Below are positions 30,425 to 40,435 of a stretch of DNA of 64,000 bases, one piece after another. The first letter of the stretch is position 1. The number at the start of each line of letters is the position of its first letter. This DNA comes from an uncultured Chloroflexia bacterium. Its GTDB lineage: Bacteria; Chloroflexota; Limnocylindria; Limnocylindrales; CSP1-4. Made by a program: the position numbers and the translations under genes. The DNA lies in contig CAWEOO010000004.1 of NCBI GenBank assembly GCA_963810725.1, forward strand, positions 1,840-65,839, read 5' to 3'. The notes beneath the pieces were generated by a model. That model ran no database searches and was not told the origin of the DNA. It was given only the letters and a program-made list of their open reading frames with translations.

Positions 30425-31842
30425 GGGGCTCCTCCCGGGGTCCAGGTCACGATCCCGATCGGCAGCGGGCGCTGGCCGACGAGCCCAACCTGTCCATCGC
30501 GATCCTCCTCGATGAGGTCGTCCATCGCCGCACGGAAGCGGCGGTCCGCCGCGCCCCCCGGCTCGATCCAGAGCTGTCGCCGCAGGAACCCCTCGAGTTC
30601 CTCGCGCGACGCGAAACGGCGCGGCTCGCGCTCGAGCCGCTCGATCGCTGGCTCCCGGCCGCGCGCCCGCAACAGCTCGATGAAGTCCGGCAACGCCGGC
30701 AGCGAGACCCGCGCCTCGCCGTGGACCGGCGGCCAGCAGACGTCGGCGATCGACGACGGCTGGCGCTCCATGAGCATCGCGACGCACAGCCGACGGGCGA
30801 CCGACTCCATCGCCACCAGGAACGGCCCGATGGCCTCGATGTCGTAGCCGACGTGGGCGATGAGCGCGACATCGGCCGCGAACGGGGCTGGGTCGGCGGG
30901 CGGCCAGCGCGTCTCGACGGCGCGAACGTTGTCGATCCCGTGCTCGGCCGCGATCTCGCGAAGGCCGTCGAGCATCGAGGCCGACGGGTCGAGGGCGACC
31001 ACCTCCCCGCCCGAGGGCGCCAGGGCCCGCGCGATCGGCAGCGCGTAGCGGCCGGCACCCGCGCCGATGTCGAGCCAGCGCTCGCCCGGCCGGACCAGCC
31101 GAAGCAGGGCGTCGAGGGCTGGCTCGTCGGTCCGCGTCGGGTCGGCCCGGAAGAGCCCGGTGACCGGCGCGTAGAAATCGGTGCCGTCGGGGACCTCGCG
31201 GAACCGGTCGACCTGCTCGGCGTTCGCCCGGACGCGCGCCGCCCAGTTCGCCTCCAGGAGCGTGACGAGGTCGGAGCGGGTGTCGATGTCGGGATTCCCC
31301 ACCGGCGTGTCCACGGGCACCTCACGCACGAGCTCGGGATGGGCGGCGATGACCGGGCCGAGGCCGCGGTCGCCGGTCGTTTCGGCGGCGAGGCCGAATG
31401 CGCCCCGGCCCAGGAAGACGGGGTTGCGCCCGCCGTCGCCGTCATACACCGGCACCACGATGGGTCGGGCAGCGTCGGGCGACGCGTCGAGCAGCGCGCG
31501 GATCGTCTCGACCGACAGCAGCGGCTGATCTCCAAGCACGATGAGCGCGCCATCGACGGCATCGTCCAGGGCCTCGACCCCGATCCGCACCGAGGTCGAC
31601 AGGCCCCGACCGGGATCCGGGTTCCGGATGCGCCGCTCGCGGCGCCAGTCGATCGCCCCCTCGAGGGCCTCGGCGTCATCACCGAGGACGACGACCACCT
31701 CCCCGACCCCGGCGTCCGCCAGGCGATCCAGCACGTGCTGCAACACCGGTCGTCCGGCGAGCGAGGCCAGGAGCTTGCCGCCACCGAACCGCGACCCCGC
31801 GCCGGCGGCCAGGACGACGGCCGCGACGCCCCGGGTCGTCAT
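30421..31842 (-). CDS. MocA-like Moco nucleotidyltransferase fused to class I SAM methyltransferase
   Basis: VVLAAGAGSRFGGGKLL, LGDQP, GRNPVF, DIDT followed in frame by WLDIGAGAGRYA, LDPSASM. Confidence 0.85.
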   Translation of the reverse strand: MTTRGVAAVVLAAGAGSRFGGGKLLASLAGRPVLQHVLDRLADAGVGEVVVVLGDDAEALEGAIDWRRERRIRNPDPGRGLSTSVRIGVEALDDAVDGALIVLGDQPLLSVETIRALLDASPDAARPIVVPVYDGDGGRNPVFLGRGAFGLAAETTGDRGLGPVIAAHPELVREVPVDTPVGNPDIDTRSDLVTLLEANWAARVRANAEQVDRFREVPDGTDFYAPVTGLFRADPTRTDEPALDALLRLVRPGERWLDIGAGAGRYALPIARALAPSGGEVVALDPSASMLDGLREIAAEHGIDNVRAVETRWPPADPAPFAADVALIAHVGYDIEAIGPFLVAMESVARRLCVAMLMERQPSSIADVCWPPVHGEARVSLPALPDFIELLRARGREPAIERLEREPRRFASREELEGFLRRQLWIEPGGAADRRFRAAMDDLIEEDRDGQVGLVGQRPLPIGIVTWTPGGAP

Positions 31843-32951
31843 CGGGCGGTCGCGAGCGCCCGCTCCTTCATCGGGCGACCCGAGCCGCCGTACCGCTCGG
31901 CGACGATCTCGGCCAGGATCGCGAGCGCCGTCTCGGCCGGGGCGCGCCCGCCGAGATCGAGGCCCACGGGTCCGCGCAGCCGGCCGAGCTCCTCCTCGCT
32001 CACGCCGGCTTCCAGCAGCCGCCGGCCACGCTCGGCCTGGGTCTTGCGCGAACCCACGGCGCCGACGTATCGGCAATCGCGGCGCAGCGCCTCGATGATG
32101 GCCGGCTCATCGAACTTGACGTCGTGGGTCAGAACGGCGACCGCGTCGTTTGGCCCCAGGCCGATCTCGTCCGCGACCTCGTCCGGCCAGCCGACGACGA
32201 GCCGGTCGACGTCGGGGAAGCGCTCGGGGGTCGCGAACGACGCCCGGCCATCGATCACGACGGTCTCGAAGCCGAGCTCCTTCGCGAGGCGGACGAGCGA
32301 GCGAGCGACCTCGACGGCACCCACGACCACGAGCCGAGGCCGGACCGGGTAGACCTCGACGAAGAGCGAGCGACCGCCGAGCTCCACCGTTCGCGACAGG
32401 CCGCGTCTTAGGGCTTCGGTGGCCGCCTCGACGAGCTGCGCGTCGAGGGTCGCATCGCCGAGCGTGCCCTCGAGGGTCCCATCGTCGTGGACCGCGAGCG
32501 TGGCGGTCGGCGGTGCGCCCGGCCCCGGCTCGTGAGGGCCGAAGTCGGCCGGTGGCGAGTCCCCGGGGAGCGGCGTGACGACGGCCGTGCCACGTCCCCC
32601 GGCCCCCAGCGACTCGATCGCCGCGGTCACCGCGCCCGACGGGACGGCCGGCTCCACGAGCACATCGATGGTGCCGCCGCAGGCCAGCCCCACGTCCCAC
32701 GCTTGCTCGTCGCTGATGCCGTAGCGGAAGACCCGGGCGTGGCCGTCGGCGCGGGCCTTCTCGATCTCCTCGGCCGCGGCGCCCTCGACGCAGCCACCGC
32801 TGACTGAGCCCGCGATCCGGCCGTCGCTCGCGTACAGCAGGACGGCGCCTTCGGGCCGTGGCGCGGACCCGAACGTGCGGACCACGACGGCGCGGCCGAC
32901 GTCGATCCCCTCCCCTTGCCAGGCCTGGAGCGTGTCGAGGAGCTCCTTCAT
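31839..32951 (-). CDS. XdhC/CoxI-family Moco chaperone
   Basis: GSAPRPEGA, GSVSGGCVEG, GLACGG, LTHDVKFD, VGSRKT, PVGLDLG. Confidence 0.9.
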   Translation of the reverse strand: MKELLDTLQAWQGEGIDVGRAVVVRTFGSAPRPEGAVLLYASDGRIAGSVSGGCVEGAAAEEIEKARADGHARVFRYGISDEQAWDVGLACGGTIDVLVEPAVPSGAVTAAIESLGAGGRGTAVVTPLPGDSPPADFGPHEPGPGAPPTATLAVHDDGTLEGTLGDATLDAQLVEAATEALRRGLSRTVELGGRSLFVEVYPVRPRLVVVGAVEVARSLVRLAKELGFETVVIDGRASFATPERFPDVDRLVVGWPDEVADEIGLGPNDAVAVLTHDVKFDEPAIIEALRRDCRYVGAVGSRKTQAERGRRLLEAGVSEEELGRLRGPVGLDLGGRAPAETALAILAEIVAERYGGSGRPMKERALATAR

Positions 32952-34360
32952 CGGATGGGCCTGGCCGTGCTGGGATCCGTCGGCGTGCCGCCGACGACGG
33001 ACGGCGGGGCCACCGTGGAACTGGCGGCCCCGGCCACCTCGGCGACCCCGGGGAGTGCCGCGTGGGCGGCCGCCTCGCTCCCCCGTCGCGTGTCGGCCGA
33101 GCGCACGCCGCCCAGGATTTCGCCGAGCCGTTCCAGCGACGCGACGGTGCCCGCCGGCAGGAAGTCGTCGATGTACGGGTACGCCGCCCGCATCCCACCG
33201 GCCAGCGGCTGGTAGCCGGGCGTGCCGGCCAGCGGATTGAGCCAGACCAACCGGTGGCAGTTGCGACGCAGCCTCGCGGTCTCGGCCGCCACGATGGCCG
33301 GGTCGCCGCGATCCCAGCCGTCCGACACGACGATCACGACTCCGCTGGAGCGCAACGAGCGGCGGGCCCACTTCTGGTTGAAGGTCCGGAAGCTCTCCCC
33401 GATCCGCGTCCCGCCTGCCCAGTCGTTGACCGTGTCGGCGACGCGGGCGAGCGCGCGGTCGCGGTCCTTGTCACGGAGCAGCCGCGTCACGCGCGTGAGT
33501 CGTGTTCCGAAGACGAACGACTCGGCGCGGACCTCTGACGACGCCGAGAGCGCCTGGACGAAGCGCAACAGCAGTCGCGAGTGCCGCTCCATCGAACCCG
33601 AAATGTCGCACAGGACCACGAGCGAGCGGGGCTCCTTCACCGGCCGTCGCCAGACCCACGTCAGCAGCTGCCCACCCGTGCCGAGGTTGCGCCGGAACAT
33701 CGCCCGCGGGGCGAGCCGCCGGCCGTGGGAATGCAGCTCGTAGCGACGGGTCCGGCGCTGCTCGAGACGTGGGATCAGCGCGTCCACCAGCCGCTCCGCG
33801 TCGCGCAGCTCGGCCGGCGTCATGCGGTCGAACTCGCGGTGGCGCAACGCCTCGCCGCGCGAATACGCGTCGGGGGCGACGACGACGCCCTCGACGTCGG
33901 TGTCGTCGTCGGCGTCGTCCTCGCCGGCCGACGGGATCGGGATGCCCCGCTCGTCGGGGCTCGCCTCGACCCGCTCCTGGCCGGCGGCCGGCTCCGCCTG
34001 GCCGGACGCCTCGCCGTCGAGATCCCCCTCGTCACTCGGTGACGGCAGCGGCGGGGCCGCGAAATCCCCGCCCCGTCGCCGGCGCTGTCGCCACCAGCGG
34101 TCGAACACCGCGTCGTAGATCGGCCGGTCGTCGCGGCGGCGGACGAAGACGGCCTCGCCGGCGGCCCGGACCTGCTCCCGCTCGCCCACGTCGACGAGCG
34201 GCAGAGCCCTGGCGTAGTCCACGGCCGCTCCCAGGTCCACGGCGAGGCCGGCGGCCCGCAGCGCTCGCCCGAACCCGACCGCCTCGCGAAGCAGCCGCCG
34301 GCCGTCCACCTCGTCGCCCCACGGCGCCGTCACGATCGCGGGATCGCCGCCAGCCTGCAT
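32948..34360 (-). CDS. coxE: CoxE-like VWA protein
   Basis: FGRALRAAG, CDISGSMERHS, FGTRLTRVT, GGTRIG, SDGWDRGD, WLNPL. Confidence 0.85.
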   Translation of the reverse strand: MQAGGDPAIVTAPWGDEVDGRRLLREAVGFGRALRAAGLAVDLGAAVDYARALPLVDVGEREQVRAAGEAVFVRRRDDRPIYDAVFDRWWRQRRRRGGDFAAPPLPSPSDEGDLDGEASGQAEPAAGQERVEASPDERGIPIPSAGEDDADDDTDVEGVVVAPDAYSRGEALRHREFDRMTPAELRDAERLVDALIPRLEQRRTRRYELHSHGRRLAPRAMFRRNLGTGGQLLTWVWRRPVKEPRSLVVLCDISGSMERHSRLLLRFVQALSASSEVRAESFVFGTRLTRVTRLLRDKDRDRALARVADTVNDWAGGTRIGESFRTFNQKWARRSLRSSGVVIVVSDGWDRGDPAIVAAETARLRRNCHRLVWLNPLAGTPGYQPLAGGMRAAYPYIDDFLPAGTVASLERLGEILGGVRSADTRRGSEAAAHAALPGVAEVAGAASSTVAPPSVVGGTPTDPSTARPIR

Positions 34361-34380
34361 CCCGTCACTCTGCCACGAAG

Positions 34381-36543
34381 TCAGGACTCGGGCGCCACGG
34401 GACTCCGTGGGCCCAGGGGCCCAGGGGCCGGCGCGTGGATCACCTCGTAGCCGGAGTCGTTCGAGAGCACGTCGACGGCCCCGTCCGCCAGGTGGATGTC
34501 CATCGATCCCTTGCCGACGCGGAGGTTCCGAATGCGGATCTCGGGCAGCCAATCCGGCAACGCAGGATTCACGAACAGCCGCCGTCCGTCCGCGTCGCAC
34601 GTCGCGTGCAGGCCACACAGGATCGCGACGAACCGGAAGACCGAGCCCGCCGCCCAGGCCTGCGGCACGTTGGCGCCGAGATACGGGACCGGGAAACTGG
34701 CCGGGATCCGGGGAAGGCCCGAGAAGAGCTCCGGCAGGCGTTGCCCGACCAGCCGTTCCGCCGCATCGAAGATGCCCTTGGCGATCTGGGCGGCTTCCGC
34801 GTTGAACCCGTACCGGCGGAACCCGCCGGCGATCGTCGCGTTGTCGTGCGGCCAGACCGAGCCCGTCTGGTACGAGAACGGGTTGTAGTACGTGTGGTCC
34901 GACGACAGCGTCCGCACCCCCCAGCCCGACCACATGTCCGGCGCCATCAGCCGGCGCACGACCCGCCCGGCGCGCTCCGGCGGGACGATCCCGGACTGGA
35001 GCAGGTGGCCGGCGTTCGACGCGACGCTCCGGATCGGCTCGCGGCGCCCGTTGAGACCCAGGTAGTACGTGCCCTCTTCCTCCCACCAGAACCTGTCGTT
35101 GAACCGTTCGTACAGGCGCTTCGCTTCGCGTCGCAGCCGCCGGGCGTCCTCGGGTCGGTCGAGCACCTCGTAGATGTCGGCCATCCGGATCTTCGCGTCG
35201 TAGACGTAACCCTGCAGCTCGCAGGCTGCGATCGGCAAGGGGGAGATGGTGCCATCCGCCTCGACGATCGCATCGCCCGCGTCCTTCCACGCCTGGTTGT
35301 AGTGGCCATGCGACGAGCGCGTCTTGTACTCCTGGAACCCATCGTTGTTCCGGTCGCCGAAGGTGTCGATCCAGGTCATCGCGGCCTCGGCATTCGGCAG
35401 GTATCGCCGCAGCAGGGCCGGGTCGGCGCTCCAGTGGTACAGGTAGGACAGCACGATCACGAACAGGCTGGTCGCATCGTGCGTCCCGTAGTACGGCTGG
35501 TACGGCAGGATCTTCAGCTTGGCGAGCTCCCCGTGCCGGATCTCATGGGGGATCTTGCCCGGCTCCATATCGCGCTCGGGATCGTCCTCGGTCGCCTGCA
35601 GCTCCGAAAGGCGGCGCAGCGCCCCGGCAGCGAATTCCGGGAAGCCGGAGATGCCCTGCATCGACACGATCAGCGAGTCGCGCCCGAACAGGGTCACGAA
35701 CCAGGGCACGCCCGCGGCGGGGATGAAGACCCCGCGCTCGAACGTCGGGTCTTCGAGCTTCAGCGCCTCGAGGTCGCGCACCGCCTGGTCCCAGGCCCGA
35801 TCCACGACGGGATTGGGCGTCTCGACGCTGACGTTGGGCAGGTGCTTGGCGCCGACCTTGCGCAGCGGCGCATCTACCGCGTTGCAGTCGAGCGTGACCA
35901 GGCGACGGCTCGACGCGGTGACCGGCAGCCACTTGAGACAGGCGTGCCAGACGTCCTTGGGCGGCATCGTCGCGACGAACACGAGGCTCCCGTTCGCGAA
36001 CTGGGGCGGCGACGACGCGCGCTCGACAGCGACGATCAGCTCGCGCCGAAAGTCGCCGTTCACGTAGTTGGTGTGGAGCTCCCCGCGCGAGCGGAACCAG
36101 CGGGAGTTCAGCTCGCCGCGGCGCACGATCTGCCCGCCCTTGACGTCGAAGATGTCGGCGAAATCGGAGAGGATCGCGATCTCGATCGTGAGCCGGACGG
36201 GCCGTAGCGAATAGTTGACCAGGTCGTAGTCCTCGTGGACGCCATCGGCCACGGTCCGGTCCAGGCGGAGGGCCAGCGACTGGCGCGGGATCGGGCCGTC
36301 CGTGTCGACCAGCGCGTCGTTCGTGTACTCGAAGCGCGACGAGAAGAATTGGATCGGCGCCGAGCTCAGGAGCAGCGGGCGGACCCCGTTGATCCGCACG
36401 TCGTAGCCGGAGATGAACCGCGTGTCCCGGGTGAAGAACCCGTCGTCATCGCCGAGCACACGGCCGTCGGGCTGGCACACGAGCACGCGGTCGTCGCGAT
36501 TGATGGTGATCGTAGACGGTCCGATCTGGACCGGAAAGGTCAT
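34381..36543 (-). CDS. Amylo-alpha-1,6-glucosidase/glycogen debranching family protein
   Basis: GFFTRDTRFIS N-domain, AAGVPWFVTLFGRD, PGKIPHE, YYGTHDAT, WKDAGD, GSVWPHDN, PQAW. Confidence 0.9.
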   Translation of the reverse strand: MTFPVQIGPSTITINRDDRVLVCQPDGRVLGDDDGFFTRDTRFISGYDVRINGVRPLLLSSAPIQFFSSRFEYTNDALVDTDGPIPRQSLALRLDRTVADGVHEDYDLVNYSLRPVRLTIEIAILSDFADIFDVKGGQIVRRGELNSRWFRSRGELHTNYVNGDFRRELIVAVERASSPPQFANGSLVFVATMPPKDVWHACLKWLPVTASSRRLVTLDCNAVDAPLRKVGAKHLPNVSVETPNPVVDRAWDQAVRDLEALKLEDPTFERGVFIPAAGVPWFVTLFGRDSLIVSMQGISGFPEFAAGALRRLSELQATEDDPERDMEPGKIPHEIRHGELAKLKILPYQPYYGTHDATSLFVIVLSYLYHWSADPALLRRYLPNAEAAMTWIDTFGDRNNDGFQEYKTRSSHGHYNQAWKDAGDAIVEADGTISPLPIAACELQGYVYDAKIRMADIYEVLDRPEDARRLRREAKRLYERFNDRFWWEEEGTYYLGLNGRREPIRSVASNAGHLLQSGIVPPERAGRVVRRLMAPDMWSGWGVRTLSSDHTYYNPFSYQTGSVWPHDNATIAGGFRRYGFNAEAAQIAKGIFDAAERLVGQRLPELFSGLPRIPASFPVPYLGANVPQAWAAGSVFRFVAILCGLHATCDADGRRLFVNPALPDWLPEIRIRNLRVGKGSMDIHLADGAVDVLSNDSGYEVIHAPAPGPLGPRSPVAPES

Positions 36544-36558
36544 CGCGGCATCATGCGA

Positions 36559-36957
36559 TCAAACCTCCGGTGTCAGCCGCGCGATGAGGTCCTCGACGAG
36601 GCCCCTCCACTCGTCGGCGTCGTCGGTCTCCGCCCACAGCTCAGAGAGCTCGGACGCGTTGAGGACGCGCTCGACAGCGGTTCGAGCCCGCGCAGTGTGT
36701 TCGGGCGTCACGCCCGGCGCCAAGTGCGTGACGAGCGTGGCGATCTCCTCGCTCAGGCCGGGGAGCGGCCGGCCGATCGCGGCCGCGACGACCTCGGCCG
36801 CGGCGATCGCCTCCACGTCGGTCGGCGCGGACAGGTCGGACGAGCGGACCGCGTCGTCGAGGGCCGACTCGATGGCGGTGATCCCACCGTCCTCGAGCTC
36901 GCCGACCCAGTCCAGCGCATCGTCGTTATCGAACGCTCCCGTTCCCCAGGCGCCCAT
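36559..36957 (-). CDS. DUF4259-like protein
   Basis: MGAWGTGAFDNDDALDW start and SELSELW C-terminal motif. Confidence 0.8.
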   Translation of the reverse strand: MGAWGTGAFDNDDALDWVGELEDGGITAIESALDDAVRSSDLSAPTDVEAIAAAEVVAAAIGRPLPGLSEEIATLVTHLAPGVTPEHTARARTAVERVLNASELSELWAETDDADEWRGLVEDLIARLTPEV

Positions 36958-36985
36958 GGTCCCTCCGTCGGTCAGCCGTGAACTG

Positions 36986-37921
36986 TCAGCCCCGTGCCGC
37001 GACCTCGCTGAGCATGCGCGCGGCCTGCTCGCCCCGGATCTGGCGGATGTCCTCTTCGTACTTGAGGACGACACCGAGCGTCTCGTCGACGAGGGCTGGT
37101 GACAGTTCCACGGCGCCCAGCGACAGGAGGGCCGCGGCCCAGTCCAGGGTCTCGGCGATGCCCGGCACCTTCGTGAGATCCGCCTCGCGCAGCCGGTGGA
37201 CGAAGCCCACGACCTCCGTCGCGAGCCGCTCGGGTGCGGCCGGGACGCGCGCCAGCACGATCTCGAACTCCTTCTGGGCGGTCGGATAGTCGATCCAGTG
37301 GTAGAGGCACCGCCGCTTGAGCGCGTCGTGCACCTCGCGGGTCCGGTTGGAGGTCAGGATCACGCGCGGTGGGAGCTCGGCCGTGATGGTCCCGATCTCC
37401 GGCACCGTGACCTGGAAATCGGACAGGATCTCGAGCAGATACGCCTCGAACTCCTCGTCGGCGCGGTCGATCTCATCGATCAGGAGCACCGGCGCGATCC
37501 CGTCGTCCGCCTCGAGCGCCTGCAGCAGCGGCCGCCGGATCAGGAATTCCGAGCTGAAGATGTCGTGCGCGGTCGCCTGTTCCGCGCCGCCACGGGCTTC
37601 GAGCAGCCGGATCTCGAGCATCTGGCGCGGGTAATTCCACTCGTAGACCGCGGTGTTGACGTCAAGGCCCTCGTAGCACTGGAGGCGGATCAGTCGCGCA
37701 CCGAGGGACAAGGCGAGGACCTTGGCGAGCTCCGTCTTGCCGACGCCGGCCTCACCCTCGAGCAGCAGTGGGCGCCCGAGCTCGAGCGCGAGGAACACCG
37801 CGGTCGTGAGCGAACGGTCCGCGATGTAGTCGCGCCCGCGGAATTCCTCGGTCAGCGCCTCGATCGAGCGCGTGCCGGCTGGACGCTGGTCGCGATCGGA
37901 GGTCGGGGCCTGGTCGGACAT
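36986..37921 (-). CDS. coxD: CoxD-type MoxR AAA+ ATPase
   Basis: LEGEAGVGKT, RLQCYEGLD, LIDEIDRAD, TSNRTREVHDALKRRC. Confidence 0.9.
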   Translation of the reverse strand: MSDQAPTSDRDQRPAGTRSIEALTEEFRGRDYIADRSLTTAVFLALELGRPLLLEGEAGVGKTELAKVLALSLGARLIRLQCYEGLDVNTAVYEWNYPRQMLEIRLLEARGGAEQATAHDIFSSEFLIRRPLLQALEADDGIAPVLLIDEIDRADEEFEAYLLEILSDFQVTVPEIGTITAELPPRVILTSNRTREVHDALKRRCLYHWIDYPTAQKEFEIVLARVPAAPERLATEVVGFVHRLREADLTKVPGIAETLDWAAALLSLGAVELSPALVDETLGVVLKYEEDIRQIRGEQAARMLSEVAARG

Positions 37922-37992
37922 CGTGCAGGGATGCTACACGGACGGCCCGGGCGTGCGTGCACGTCGGGGCGTTTCGCCGCCCCGAAGCTCCG

Positions 37993-38508
37993 TCAGCCGA
38001 TCTCGACCGTGGATTCCACCGGCACCGCCCGTCGGGCCAGGTCGTCGACCGGACAATGAGAACGGCCCCAATCGACGATCGCCCGCACCCGATCCTCGTC
38101 GGCCGTCGCGGACGCCACCCGCACGGCGACCCGCACGCTCAGCGGCCCGGCCCGCACCGAAGGGTCGATCCCGAGGATCCCCCGATCGTCGGATTCGCTA
38201 TCGACCGTGACCTCGAGAGCCGAGAGCTCGACCCCTTCGACCGCGGCCGCCATGGAGATGAGCGTCGCGACACACGACGCATAGCCCGCCCGGAACAGCC
38301 ACGCTGGGGACGGCGCGCTGCCGCCACCACCGACCGCCGACACCATGTCTGTCGTGAGCGAGGCGCCGTCGGGTCCCTCGACCCTGACGCGCAGGCCGTC
38401 CTCGACGGTGGCGGTCGCAGCCGAGTCCCGGTATCGGGCCTCATCCGGGTGGGCGGCAAGGTACTCACGGGCGCCGGCTACGGCCGTCGCGATGTCGTTC
38501 GATGCCAT
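37993..38508 (-). CDS. OsmC-family protein
   Basis: GGGGSAPSP...ASC and HCPV cysteine pair; GGAGG RBS. Confidence 0.8.
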   Translation of the reverse strand: MASNDIATAVAGAREYLAAHPDEARYRDSAATATVEDGLRVRVEGPDGASLTTDMVSAVGGGGSAPSPAWLFRAGYASCVATLISMAAAVEGVELSALEVTVDSESDDRGILGIDPSVRAGPLSVRVAVRVASATADEDRVRAIVDWGRSHCPVDDLARRAVPVESTVEIG

Positions 38509-38524
38509 CGATCCTCCCATGCAC

Positions 38525-39568
38525 TCAGCCTTCCGGCGCGTCCAGCTCCCTCGCGTATGCTGGGAATCGGAACCGCTGCGAGCGGGTCAGGATCCCGCCG
38601 TGCCCCAGCTTCGCCACGGTCCGCTCGGACGCCGGCTCGCCCGCCAGCAGGCGCGGCAGCAACAGGTCCACGGCCGTGGCCTTCGAATACGCCCCGCACG
38701 TCGGCAGCCCCAGGATAGATGTCCCGCCGACGCGCGCCAGCCAGAGCATGGATCCGGGGTGCGCGGGCACGCCCCGTCGCACCAGCCGCCCACCGAGCGC
38801 GTCGATGGCCGTGAAGAACGTGTCTCGCGGATCCGTGCTGGCGGACCCAGCGGTCAGGATCAGGTCCGCGGTCTCGGCACCGCGCGTGAACCGCCCGATG
38901 GCCGTCTCCACGGCGTCCGCATCGTCGTCGACGTAAACGATCTCGAGGATCTTCGAGCCCAACCCTTCGACCTTGGCGCGAACGCTCGCCTCGAACCGCT
39001 CGCGCGCGGCCCCCCGGACGGATTCCTTGACCACGACCCCCACTCGCCGCTGGATGAATTGCGAGACCCAGACGACCGGCTGACTCCCGAAACCCGCCAG
39101 CCGCGCGGCCGCGTCGATGATCCCGGCGTCGACGATGTGCGGCGCGATCTTGACGCTCGCGACGAGGTCGCCGCGCTCGACGATCTGGCCGTCGAAGACC
39201 GTGAAGACCTCGAGCGGGTCGAGCCGGTTGATCCGATCGAGCTCAGCCACCAGCACCGTCACGACACCGGCCGCCGAGGCCACGAGGTCGAGGCGGCTCT
39301 GGTTCGGCCCGCGCGCGTCGAGGTTCTCCCCGGCGACCGCCTTCGCCAGCCGGATCGCGGCGTCGTCCTCGTGCAGCTCACCGGGCTCGACGACGAGGAT
39401 CGTCACCGGCGGACCGGGATCCGCCGCCGCGAGCGCCAGCAGGTCGTCCTCGGACAGCCGTCGACCCTTGGTCCAGCGCTTACCGCCGACCGACAGGTCC
39501 TTCGTCAGGACCCCATCCATCAGCCTCCCGGGTACGCGCCGACCAGGAGTGACCTGCTCGACGCGCAC
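38525..39568 (-). CDS. Molybdopterin-binding (MoeA/MogA-like) protein
   Basis: GELHEDDAA, ASVKIAP, TAGSASTDPRD, GVPAHPGSMLW, LGLPTCG, LLPRLLAG. Confidence 0.8.
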   Translation of the reverse strand: MRVEQVTPGRRVPGRLMDGVLTKDLSVGGKRWTKGRRLSEDDLLALAAADPGPPVTILVVEPGELHEDDAAIRLAKAVAGENLDARGPNQSRLDLVASAAGVVTVLVAELDRINRLDPLEVFTVFDGQIVERGDLVASVKIAPHIVDAGIIDAAARLAGFGSQPVVWVSQFIQRRVGVVVKESVRGAARERFEASVRAKVEGLGSKILEIVYVDDDADAVETAIGRFTRGAETADLILTAGSASTDPRDTFFTAIDALGGRLVRRGVPAHPGSMLWLARVGGTSILGLPTCGAYSKATAVDLLLPRLLAGEPASERTVAKLGHGGILTRSQRFRFPAYARELDAPEG

Positions 39569-39586
39569 GTCCGGGCGACGCGCGCT

Positions 39587-40435
39587 TCAGGCGGGGCCGG
39601 CGAGCGCGGCTTCGATCGCGCGGCGGGTATAGACCACCGCCATGCGCGTTCGATAGTCGCGACTCGCGTGGATATCGTCGTTGACCGTCTGACCCTCCGC
39701 CGCATGCTCGGCGGCAGCCGCCACCGCGGCCGGGGAACCGTCGCTCCCCGTGAGGGCGGCTTCCACCGCCTTCGCGCGATAGGCCACCTCGCCCACCCCG
39801 GTCAGCGCGACCCGGGCGTGCGAGATGGACCCACCGGATCGCGCGACGACGGCGCAGACGCCGACGATCGAGTAGCCCGAGGCTGGGTGCTCCAGTTTCT
39901 GGTACGAACCCTGCGCTCCCGCCGGCAGCGGACCGCGGCGCAGCTCGGTCAGGATCTCGTCCGCCCCGATGTCGCTCGTGAACGCTCCCTTGAGGAACCC
40001 GTCGATCGGCGCGACCCGTTCGCCGCCCTTCGAGCGCAGCACGACCTCGTAGTCGAGCGCCAACGCCAGGGCCGGCAGGTCCGAGGCCGGGTCGGCGTGG
40101 GCGATGGCGCCCCCGACCGTCCCGCGATTGCGCACCTGGACGTCGCCGATCCCGCGGATGCAGTCGGCGGCGAAGCCGAGGGGCGTGGCCTCGAGTGCCT
40201 CCGCGTACGTCGTGAGCGCCCCGATCTTGAAGCCGCCGTCGCGCGTCGAGCCGGCCCCCCGCAGCTCACTGAGCCGCCCGATGTCGACGAGCATGCCGGG
40301 CGCTGCCAGTCGCAGTTTCATCAGCGGCAGCAGGCTCATCCCGCCCGCGAGGACCTTCGCGTCCCCACCGGCGAGCGCCGTGAGCGCATCGTCGAGCGAC
40401 GTCGGTCGCCGGTACTCGAACTGCGCCGGGATCAT
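39587..40435 (-). CDS. Mo-hydroxylase FAD subunit (CoxM-like, second cluster)
   Basis: MIPAQFEY, AGGMSLLPLMKLR, IGDVQVRNRGTVGG.AHADP. Confidence 0.9.
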   Translation of the reverse strand: MIPAQFEYRRPTSLDDALTALAGGDAKVLAGGMSLLPLMKLRLAAPGMLVDIGRLSELRGAGSTRDGGFKIGALTTYAEALEATPLGFAADCIRGIGDVQVRNRGTVGGAIAHADPASDLPALALALDYEVVLRSKGGERVAPIDGFLKGAFTSDIGADEILTELRRGPLPAGAQGSYQKLEHPASGYSIVGVCAVVARSGGSISHARVALTGVGEVAYRAKAVEAALTGSDGSPAAVAAAAEHAAEGQTVNDDIHASRDYRTRMAVVYTRRAIEAALAGPA

